From: Polyangiaceae bacterium
GTDB lineage: Bacteria > Myxococcota_A > Polyangia > Polyangiales > Polyangiaceae
DNA: 64,000 bases
Direction: 5' to 3'
Assembly: GCA_044376115.1 (NCBI GenBank)
Contig: JBILLK010000006.1
Location: forward strand, 96,001-160,000
The notes beneath the pieces were generated by a model that saw nothing but the letters and a program-made list of their open reading frames with translations, did no database searches and was not told where the DNA came from. Below, piece by piece: positions 8,824-16,290 of this stretch (position 1 is the stretch's first letter; each line of letters starts with the position of its first letter). The position numbers and the translations under genes were made by a program.

Positions 8824-9834
8824 CTAGGCCCGAGCAGCCACATTGATGACGATTACGCTGAAGCCACCAAAGCGGATCTTGTCGCCGTCGCGCAACTCTC
8901 GGCGGCCCTGGAATCCGATGGCCTCTTCGTTGTGGAAGGTGCCGTTGGTGGACCCGAGATCGCTCAGTGTTAGGCGACCGCCTTCAGCATCCACTCGCGC
9001 GTGATTGGTCGAGGTGGTTCCGTGCCCAATCGGTACGTCAACTTCTTGCCCCGTCTCAGCCCGTCCGACCAGGTTGGTCCCCTGATACACCGGCCAGTAT
9101 TTGCCGAGCGCATCATCTTGAAAGCTCACAAGGAAACCGGCGAGAGGGCGCCGCTGTTTGCCGCCTGTTGCCGCGCTCGCCGAGCCACGATTTTCAAACG
9201 GCGGGGGGTTCTGCGGAGCTGGGGGACTGTTGTTGAACCCGACTTGAGGCGGTGCCCCTGTGTTGGCGAACGCGGTTTGTCCGAACTGGTCGGGGGCTTC
9301 ATTGGGTTGAAACCCTGGCTGTGGCGGGTATCCCGGGTGTGGAGGCGGAGCGCCCATCCCCGGCATTCCAGGTGGACCGCCCATTCCCATGCCCGGGGGC
9401 ATCCCAGGCATTCCCTGCGGACCACCCATCATCCCCGGATTCATCTGACCCTGGGGACCGCCCATCATGCCTTGATCGAACTGCTGAAAGCCGGGCTGGG
9501 GCATCGGAGGACCGCCGAAGCCCGGAGGGGGATCATAGCCTCCGCCGCCGGGAAACTGGTTCTGCTGTGGGAATCCCATCCCCATGCCGGGAGGGCCACC
9601 CATGCCAGGAGGGCCACCCATGCCAGGAGGGCCACCCATGCCAGGAGGGCCGCCCATGCCGGGAGGGCCGCCCATGCCAGGAGGGCCGCCCATTCCGGGA
9701 GGCATCATGTTCGGCGAATTCGGGAAACCCGGGGGTGCACCGTATGCAGGTGCTCCGCCAACGAGAGGTGAAGCGCACACTGCACAGAACTTATCGGAGG
9801 GTGAATTGGGTGCACTGCAACGGGGGCAGATCAT
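8824..9834 (-). CDS. Zn-ribbon + Gly/Pro/Met-rich linker + FHA domain protein
   Basis: N-terminal CPRC...FCAVC, long low-complexity region, C-terminal FHA VGR...STNH...STNGT. Confidence 0.9.
   Translation of the reverse strand: MICPRCSAPNSPSDKFCAVCASPLVGGAPAYGAPPGFPNSPNMMPPGMGGPPGMGGPPGMGGPPGMGGPPGMGGPPGMGGPPGMGMGFPQQNQFPGGGGYDPPPGFGGPPMPQPGFQQFDQGMMGGPQGQMNPGMMGGPQGMPGMPPGMGMGGPPGMPGMGAPPPHPGYPPQPGFQPNEAPDQFGQTAFANTGAPPQVGFNNSPPAPQNPPPFENRGSASAATGGKQRRPLAGFLVSFQDDALGKYWPVYQGTNLVGRAETGQEVDVPIGHGTTSTNHARVDAEGGRLTLSDLGSTNGTFHNEEAIGFQGRRELRDGDKIRFGGFSVIVINVAARA
9581..9688. repeat. Six tandem 18-bp coding repeats encoding (MGGPPG)n
   Basis: CCCATGCC[AG]GGAGGGCC[AG] x6, plus a partial seventh copy. 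Confidence 0.95.
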
Positions 9835-10027
9835 CGGAGGTCCTTCTGACGCTTGGTCCTGACGTCGGGAGAGCGATCGCTAGGATACCCACTTTGCAGC
9901 GACTTGGATCAAGTGCTTAGCAAAAGCCAGTCGTATCAAGCAGGTTTTGCGGTGGAGTCACCCTGGCAAAGGCCAGGGCGCGATGTCGAAACTCCCGTTC
10001 CAGCCAATCTGCGTGCTCCGGAAAGGC

Positions 10028-10054
10028 GCAAAGGGCGCCGTCGGCACCCTTTGC
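10028..10054 (-). terminator. Probable terminator hairpin downstream of rplS
   Basis: Minus strand GCAAAGGGTGCC-GAC-GGCGCCCTTTGC followed by GCCTTTCC; the U-tract is weak. Confidence 0.5.
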
Positions 10055-10081
10055 AACGAAGGCTCGCGGGAGCGGCCAGTT

Positions 10082-10435
10082 TCAGGCGTCTTTCTCGTCG
10101 CGAACGCGTGCTGCCTTACCGGCGAGATCGCGTAGGTAGAACAATCGGCTACGACGCACGATGCCCTTGGACACGATCTCGATTCGCTCGATGCGAGGGC
10201 TGTGGGCGAGGAAAATCCTCTCGACCCCAATTCCAAAGCTCACCTTGCGAACAGTGAAGGTGCTGCGTGCTCCCGCGCGGTGCCGCTTGAGCACGATCCC
10301 CTGAAACACCTGGACGCGCTCTTTCTCGCCCTCGACGATCTTGTAGTGAACTCGAACGGTATCTCCGACGCGAAACGTGGGGAGGTCCGAACGGAGTTGC
10401 GATTGCTCGAGCTTGGCGATGATCGGCGTCAACAT
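10082..10435 (-). CDS. rplS: 50S ribosomal protein L19
   Basis: [57 protein letters not shown] before ATG 10435. Confidence 0.98.
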   Translation of the reverse strand: MLTPIIAKLEQSQLRSDLPTFRVGDTVRVHYKIVEGEKERVQVFQGIVLKRHRAGARSTFTVRKVSFGIGVERIFLAHSPRIERIEIVSKGIVRRSRLFYLRDLAGKAARVRDEKDA

Positions 10436-10469
10436 GGTCTTCCTCTGAGGAACTTTTGGGGGGCGCGCC

Positions 10470-10497
10470 ATTTCGCACGCCACGTAAGGGTTGTCAA
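10470..10497 (-). promoter_or_regulatory. Possible sigma70-type promoter for rplS
   Basis: Perfect TTGACA on the minus strand, 16-nt spacer, weak -10 CGAAAT, in the jag-rplS gap. Confidence 0.35.
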
Positions 10498-10519
10498 TGT
10501 GAACGGGTGACGGGTTGAA

Positions 10520-11050
10520 TCAGCGACGGACGGGAATGATTTGCACGCGGCGCTGCTCGCCTTCGCCGTCGCTCTTCGTGACGACACCAGCGAACTTGGC
10601 GAGCGCGAGGTGGACGACCCGGCGGTCCTGAGGACTCATCGGATCGAACGTGATGATCTTTCCTTCATCGACGGCTTTTTTCCCTAGTTCGCGGGCGAGC
10701 GTGGCGAGGTCTTCCTCGCGACGGGCACGGTAGCCTTGCGCGTCGATAATGACGTGACGTCGCCGCTTACCTGGTCGGTTCACGACGCGATTGGCGAGGA
10801 ACTGCAATGCGGCGAGCGTCGCGCCTCGTTTTCCGATCACGAAGCGCCCATCATCGCCCTCGATCTCGAGACGAATCTCCTCCGGCGGATCGTCCTCGTC
10901 GGGCTCCAAAAGATCGACGGTGCAGTCCATGCCCATCGTCGCGAGAACGTCAATCACAAAATCGAGCACCATGTCGGCGCGTCCGTCCTCGACGAAAGGC
11001 TCTTTTACTTCTGCTGCGTCGGGACCTTGGTTGGCGGTCGAATCATCCAC
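10520..11050 (-). CDS. jag: Jag/KhpB/EloR-family RNA-binding protein (KH + R3H), apparently lacking the Jag_N domain
   Basis: KH motif IGKRGATLAALQ, R3H motif DRRVVH, position after yidC. GTG start at 11050 chosen from a GGGGAAGG RBS; alternative starts extend to 11110. Confidence 0.9.
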   Translation of the reverse strand: MDDSTANQGPDAAEVKEPFVEDGRADMVLDFVIDVLATMGMDCTVDLLEPDEDDPPEEIRLEIEGDDGRFVIGKRGATLAALQFLANRVVNRPGKRRRHVIIDAQGYRARREEDLATLARELGKKAVDEGKIITFDPMSPQDRRVVHLALAKFAGVVTKSDGEGEQRRVQIIPVRR

Positions 11051-12836
11051 GGGCACGTACCTTCCCCTTTCCAAGAGCAGGCTCTTTCTTGGAGCCTGGC
11101 TTCGGGTCATCGCTGTTTGTCACGTCGCGAACTTCAATGCGCGCGCTGTGACCCTGCACTTTTGCCTTTACCCAGCGCTCTACGAAGAACTGCTGGATGA
11201 TGCCTAACCAGGTGTTGGTCAGCATGTAGACGCCCAACCCGGCCGGCAGAAAGAACATCATGGCGGTGAAGATGCCCGGCATGAGGAACTGCATCATCTT
11301 CTGCTGCGCAGGGTCCATGCCTTGTGGAGGCATCATCCGCTGCTGCAGAAAGCTGGACCCACCCAAGACAAGCGGGATCACGTGGTACGGGTCCGAGTTT
11401 GTCAGGTCCGGGATGAGCGGGCCGAACGGCGTATGATAGAGGCCAACTTCGGTCGATAGCGCTTGATAGAGCCCTATCCAGACAGGCATCTGCAGAAGTA
11501 GAGGCAAACAGCCGAGGGCCGGACGGATCCCCTCTCGGCGGTTGAGCTCCTGCATCGCCACCGTCTTCTGCATCATGTCGTCGGCGTACTTCTCGTTGAT
11601 CGCGTCGATCTCCGGCTTCACCCGTCGCATGGCGATGGTGGTTCGCAGCTGCGGTAGCTGGAGCGGGAACACCACCAATTTGACCGTGATCGTCAAAAAG
11701 CAAATCGCCCAGCCCCAACTACCTAGAACCGCGAAGAGCCAATCAACGTAGGAGAGGAAGATCTTCCCAAGGACGCCGAACATTCCAAGGTCGACGACTG
11801 GAAGCACTTCACCGTTCGTTCCACCAACCGTGGCAAGAACGGCGCGTTCTTTGGGCCCCATGTACGCAACGACGTCGTAGGTAGCGGCTGTTCCGGGAGC
11901 CAGCGTTGTCTCTGGGTAGGCCAATCGAGCCCGATACATGTGCCCGAACTGCGGGTGCCCTTGAGGAACTTGGTAGTATGCACCGTCCTCAATCAGCGTT
12001 TCTGCAGCTGGCTCGACGGCCGACTTGTTGAGTACCAACGAGACGAAGTAGTTGGCGCCAGCCGCTGCGAACTGGCCCTTGCCCTCGGCGCGCAGGAAGT
12101 GCTCGTCGGTGAAGCCGTTCTCCTTGGAGAACTCATCCGGAGCAAAGGCCGTTGGGAGGTGACGAGTCGTCTTGCCAGAAGCCCCAGCAAGAACCTCGGT
12201 CATCCACTCGGGGCGCCGCCCCAAGTCCCAAAACGAGGACTCTGTTTCGGCTCCGGAGCGCCACGACGTTTGTTCCACCGCGAAGCGATGGACACGCGGT
12301 TCTGCAGCTTTATTGGTGATGACCGTCGAGATGTCGACCTCGAACGGGCGGCCGTTCTTGGTAATCGTTCGCCGTACCGACGCAGTCGCTGATTCGTAGA
12401 GAAAAACGCAGCTGGATTCGTCGGAGCGCTCGAGTTTGAAGTCGAGATTGTCCAGCTCGACCTGTTGCGCGGCGTCAGCGTTTGGTGCGCGCAGATTCGT
12501 GCGCAACGGCATGCGTTGCTCACGTGTTGTCGTGACCAGCTCGATGCGGGTGTCGGGCTTGTCGACGGCAACCGAGTACTTGGCGTCGAGCATGCGCACG
12601 CTGGTCAACGCTGCGCTGCGGGTCGAGAACGTCATCTCCGCACGTGCGTCTCTCAATACGCACGTTTCAGGGTCTGGGCGATCTCCCTCGGCGACGGTGC
12701 CCCAGTCATCTTTGCCTAGCGGTTGCGAGACGGGAGCGTCTCCGCTTCCGAAGAGCCACTTTCGACCAAAGAAGAAAAGGAGGACTCCGATTACACCGAA
12801 AAGGAGCCACCTACCGATATTGCTGCGTTCTTCCAT
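11043..12836 (-). CDS. yidC: Membrane protein insertase YidC
   Basis: N-terminal TM, periplasmic domain, WGWAICFLTITVKLVVFPL, GCLPLLLQMPVW, PAGLGVY; gene context. Confidence 0.97.
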   Translation of the reverse strand: MEERSNIGRWLLFGVIGVLLFFFGRKWLFGSGDAPVSQPLGKDDWGTVAEGDRPDPETCVLRDARAEMTFSTRSAALTSVRMLDAKYSVAVDKPDTRIELVTTTREQRMPLRTNLRAPNADAAQQVELDNLDFKLERSDESSCVFLYESATASVRRTITKNGRPFEVDISTVITNKAAEPRVHRFAVEQTSWRSGAETESSFWDLGRRPEWMTEVLAGASGKTTRHLPTAFAPDEFSKENGFTDEHFLRAEGKGQFAAAGANYFVSLVLNKSAVEPAAETLIEDGAYYQVPQGHPQFGHMYRARLAYPETTLAPGTAATYDVVAYMGPKERAVLATVGGTNGEVLPVVDLGMFGVLGKIFLSYVDWLFAVLGSWGWAICFLTITVKLVVFPLQLPQLRTTIAMRRVKPEIDAINEKYADDMMQKTVAMQELNRREGIRPALGCLPLLLQMPVWIGLYQALSTEVGLYHTPFGPLIPDLTNSDPYHVIPLVLGGSSFLQQRMMPPQGMDPAQQKMMQFLMPGIFTAMMFFLPAGLGVYMLTNTWLGIIQQFFVERWVKAKVQGHSARIEVRDVTNSDDPKPGSKKEPALGKGKVRARG

Positions 12837-13007
12837 CGTGGGAGAGCTCGACCGCCTGGGGCGGCATCACTCGATAATTTCGTTTGAGGTGGAGCAGCGG
12901 TCCGGTTCACGCGGAGGGAGGGGCGGTTGCGTGATGCGACGTAATGCTGCTTGCGCTTGTTCCGACAGGAACGGCTCTGCGGTGCGAGGCAGAGACATGT
13001 GGCCTTC

Positions 13008-13250
13008 TCAGGGCCGCGTCAACGTGGTTGGAGGTGGAGGATCATAGCCTCCTGGATGAAACGGGTGACACCTACACAGGCGCTTGGCCGAAAGCAAGCT
13101 CCCCCGGAAGGCGCCATGTGCTTGAAGGCACAACAAGGCGTATTGAGAGCAGGATGGCTCGAACCGGCACGCCGGCCCAAAAATCGCGACTAGTAGCTTG
13201 GAAAGCGTGAGCTGGTAGAGCCGCACCAGCCAGATCAGCGGCTCTTTCAC
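13008..13250 (-). CDS. yidD: Membrane protein insertion efficiency factor YidD
   Basis: CRFEPSCSQYA, RLCRCHPFHPGGYDP. Confidence 0.97.
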   Translation of the reverse strand: MKEPLIWLVRLYQLTLSKLLVAIFGPACRFEPSCSQYALLCLQAHGAFRGSLLSAKRLCRCHPFHPGGYDPPPPTTLTRP

Positions 13251-13603
13251 GAGCCAACCCTCGCGCGCCTATTCCGGAGTTTCGACCGTGTGGACGAGAG
13301 GGCCATCGTCCAATCCTGCGTCAAGTCGGCCAGCGTACAGCTCGCGAGGGAGCTGCCTGCGATCACGACCACGTCTGCAGGCACGAAATCACCGACACCT
13401 CGAAACAGTTCGCGGAGCAGCCGTTTGCAGCGATTGCGAGCGACAGCGTTGCCCACCTTCTTGGACGCAACCGCGCCGAAGCGAACCCCGGCCTCGGCAG
13501 GCGACGCCAGCACGAGAAAGTGTGCGAACCGCAGCCGGACAGTTGGGGCTGTCTGCACTCGACGGAAGTCAGCGCTCTTTCTGAGTCGGTTCTCGCGAGT
13601 CAT
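13247..13603 (-). CDS. rnpA: Ribonuclease P protein component
   Basis: RLRKSADF, RFGAVASKKVGNAVARNRCKRLLRE. Confidence 0.96.
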   Translation of the reverse strand: MTRENRLRKSADFRRVQTAPTVRLRFAHFLVLASPAEAGVRFGAVASKKVGNAVARNRCKRLLRELFRGVGDFVPADVVVIAGSSLASCTLADLTQDWTMALSSTRSKLRNRRARVGS

Positions 13604-13648
13604 GTTTGCCGCTCACCGATCCTGAAACGACAGCCTGAAACGAGCAAC

Positions 13649-13680
13649 AGCCGGGCGCACCCGTAATGGCGCACCCAGCT
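13649..13680 (-). terminator. Strong stem-loop between rpmH and rnpA (partial terminator or processing/stabiliser site)
   Basis: Minus strand AGCTGGGTGCGCC-ATTACG-GGTGCGCCCGGCT pairs fully only with G-U wobble on the transcribed strand; followed by GTTG. Confidence 0.5.
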
Positions 13681-13731
13681 TTCATTGCGGTCGGCGTCGC
13701 AGGCGATGGAACGCCTCGAGCGCGCGAGGGG

Positions 13732-13881
13732 CTACTTCTTGAAGGTGCCGGGAGCGAGCCGAGCGCGACCCTTGCGGCGGCGGTTGTTGATTACTTTGCG
13801 GCCGCCAGACGTCGCCATGCGCGCGCGGAAACCGTGGGTTCGGAGACGAGAGACGTTGTGGGGTTGGTACGTGCGCTTCAT
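13732..13881 (-). CDS. rpmH: 50S ribosomal protein L34
   Basis: Not in the ORF track (49 aa): [49 protein letters not shown]. Confidence 0.98.
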   Translation of the reverse strand: MKRTYQPHNVSRLRTHGFRARMATSGGRKVINNRRRKGRARLAPGTFKK

Positions 13882-14027
13882 GGCAGCTTTCTCGAATAGG
13901 CTTCGGTCAGGTCAACCGGAGCGGGCTCATAACTTCCGAGGTCTTGAAAGAAAGGGTGGGACCTTTGCCACACGCCCTTTCGTGGGTCAACCGTTCCGTT
14001 CGTTTTGTAGTAGCCTCCCGCGTCAAC

Positions 14028-15776
14028 ATGAAGCCGTCCGGCCACTCCCGCGCAATCACTTCCTTCGTATTGGGAATCTCGACGTTCCTAGTACCCGCGC
14101 TCGCCCAGGCGCAAGACACCACCTTCTCGTTGGATCGTCTGAGACACGGTGGAGCACCCGACGACGGTGTTGGCGTGTGGCGCCCGGAGCTCTCCGAGAC
14201 TCCAAGGTTTTACACCGAACTTGCTCTTGGTTTTTCGCTCAACCCGTTCCGAGTCGAGCACATGATCGAGGACGAGAATCAGCGGAGACGCTTCAATGAA
14301 TCCGGCGGTGCTCCTGTCGAAGCGCAGTTTGGTGGGTATCTGAACGCTGGCGTCGAGCTCTTCCAGCGCTTCGGTTTTCAGATCATGTTTCCGGTTACGT
14401 TCGCTCAGACCGGCAACGCTACCAGCGCCGCAGGTATTCCGGCGGCGTCGGATGCGGTCAACCTGCAGACCGCAGCGCCTGGTGATCTACGCTTCGATTT
14501 TCGCGGCGTGCCGATTCGCACCGCGGACGGTTTTTTCAAGCTCGGGGCCAACGCAAACATCTTTGCGCCCTCTGGCAACGAAAAGTCGTGGACAGGTGAC
14601 AAGACTGCCTCCGGTGGCTTCGGTATCGCGCCAGAGCTCGATTGGAAGGACTTCATCCTGACGCTCAATACAGGGGTGCACTTTCGCCCCGAGGCTGAGG
14701 TCAACGACTTCTCGGTCTCCCACGAACTGGATTTCGGGCTGGCTGCGTTCATCCCGCTGCGCGACGACCGCGTGCGTTTGGGCGCAGAGATCATTGGGTC
14801 GGTCATGGTGGCCGGGCCAGATGCCGGTAAGGTGATCACGACGCCGCTCGAGTGGATGGTCGAAGGGCGGTTTGCTCTCGACGACAAGAAACGCTTCTGG
14901 CTCAACGGCTCGGGCGGTACGCGACTGACGCCTGGTTACGCGCCTGACTTCAGGACCGGCGTTTCGATCGGCTACTGGTTCCCGCTCGTGGACACCGATC
15001 CGCCGGCTCCTGAGAAGAAGCCGATCGATCCCTTCCGTGGCAACCTCGATACCGACAAGGACGGGTACCCGGACGACCTCGACTTGTGCCCCACCGAGCC
15101 CGAAGACGGCAAGCCGCCGTACTCAACCGATGGCTGCCCAGCTCCGCCCGATCGCGACGGCGACGGCATCCCGGACTCAAAGGACAAATGCCCCGATCAG
15201 CCTGAGGACAAAGACGGCGTTGAGGACGCTGACGGCTGTCCCGAGGACGATGCTGACAAAGACAACATCCCCGACGCAGAGGACGCGTGTCCCAAGGAAC
15301 CTGGAGAGCCCAGCCCTGACAAGGATAAGAACGGATGCCCCCGCTACATCCGCCGCATCGAGGGCTCGAACGAGATTCAGATCCTGAAGAAGGTCGAGTT
15401 TGAAACGGGCAGTGCGAAGTTGCGCACCGACTCGTACCCGATCTTGGACGAGGTCTACCGCCTGCTCGTGGCCAACCCCGAGATCACCTTGCTTTCGGTT
15501 GAAGGTCACACCGACTCCGTCGGCTCGGATCAGAGCAACCTGCTCTTGTCGAAGAACCGAGCGAAGAGCTGCCTCGACTACTTGGCCAAGAAGGGGATCG
15601 TCGCCAGTCGTCTGACCAGCGATGGTTTCGGTGAGGGTAAGCCCATCGATACGAACGACACGCCCGATGGCCGCGCCAAGAATCGTCGGACCGAGTTCCA
15701 CATCCGCAATCAGACCATTCCTGGGGGAGATTCCCCGGCACCGGGCGGCAGTGGCGAGCCCGTTCCGGGCCAGTAA
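14028..15776 (+). CDS. OmpA-family outer-membrane protein (beta-barrel + TSP type-3-like Ca-binding repeats + OmpA_C); TraB-like architecture
   Basis: Signal peptide ending AQA, DxDxDGxPDxxDxCP repeats, VEGHTD...NLLLSKNRA...NRRTEF. Confidence 0.9.
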   Translation: MKPSGHSRAITSFVLGISTFLVPALAQAQDTTFSLDRLRHGGAPDDGVGVWRPELSETPRFYTELALGFSLNPFRVEHMIEDENQRRRFNESGGAPVEAQFGGYLNAGVELFQRFGFQIMFPVTFAQTGNATSAAGIPAASDAVNLQTAAPGDLRFDFRGVPIRTADGFFKLGANANIFAPSGNEKSWTGDKTASGGFGIAPELDWKDFILTLNTGVHFRPEAEVNDFSVSHELDFGLAAFIPLRDDRVRLGAEIIGSVMVAGPDAGKVITTPLEWMVEGRFALDDKKRFWLNGSGGTRLTPGYAPDFRTGVSIGYWFPLVDTDPPAPEKKPIDPFRGNLDTDKDGYPDDLDLCPTEPEDGKPPYSTDGCPAPPDRDGDGIPDSKDKCPDQPEDKDGVEDADGCPEDDADKDNIPDAEDACPKEPGEPSPDKDKNGCPRYIRRIEGSNEIQILKKVEFETGSAKLRTDSYPILDEVYRLLVANPEITLLSVEGHTDSVGSDQSNLLLSKNRAKSCLDYLAKKGIVASRLTSDGFGEGKPIDTNDTPDGRAKNRRTEFHIRNQTIPGGDSPAPGGSGEPVPGQ

Positions 15777-16056
15777 CCGCTGGGTACTCAGCGTCGCATG
15801 CAGCCTCTGGGTCGCGTGCGACGCCGGCCCGCCGCGTCTGCTCCACTCCTGTCGCTGTGACTACCTGACCGACACCGACGTGCCGGGCCAGCTCGCCGTT
15901 GATGTCTGCGCGAGCACTCAGCCGAAAGCCGAGGACGACGCTGTCGAGTGCTCTGCCGCCATGGGCGTTGGGCACGCGGAACGCTGCGTGTGTACTGCCT
16001 CGACCGAGAGTTGCGCCGCGAGCCTGTGTCAGCAGACCGCGGCTCGCTCGCCTTGA
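15751..16056 (+). CDS. Small Cys-rich putative lipoprotein
   Basis: GTG start overlapping the OmpA gene end, lipobox-like SLWVAC, eight further Cys. Confidence 0.55.
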   Translation: MASPFRASNRWVLSVACSLWVACDAGPPRLLHSCRCDYLTDTDVPGQLAVDVCASTQPKAEDDAVECSAAMGVGHAERCVCTASTESCAASLCQQTAARSP

Positions 16057-16066
16057 CAGAAACTCT

Positions 16067-16092
16067 GGAACTTTTTCGCTCCGGCCTCGTCA
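16067..16092 (+). promoter_or_regulatory. Possible ECF-sigma promoter
   Basis: GGAAC-N16-CGTCA in the intergenic region about 200 bp upstream of the di-heme protein gene. Confidence 0.4.
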
Positions 16093-16290
16093 CAGTCTCC
16101 TGGCTAAACCGCACATGCACTGGTCAGCCGAGCCCTTGGTAGGGGGCGGTGGTCAAGCGTGAGGCTTGGGTGCGCGATTTCGGATGGTGGGTTCGTCGTG
16201 GGTTGCGCATGAGCTTGTTCTGCGTGACGTTGAGAGGCCCTCTCAATCTTCGGGGAAGTGGAAGAGAGAGATGGGCGTACTAGGAGCGAT

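Noticed and set aside
9581..9688. Tandem repeats (also 43697-43780) as CRISPR arrays
   Set aside because: The 18-bp units are contiguous with no spacers, lie in frame inside proteins, and there are no cas genes.
9902..9914. CTTG-N3-CAAG palindrome shared with 63892-63904, and the CTACCTGC direct repeat at 47125-47142, as regulator sites
   Set aside because: Too short to distinguish from chance without comparative data.
13882..14027. oriC upstream of rpmH
   Set aside because: No DnaA boxes, no AT-rich unwinding element and no dnaA seen.
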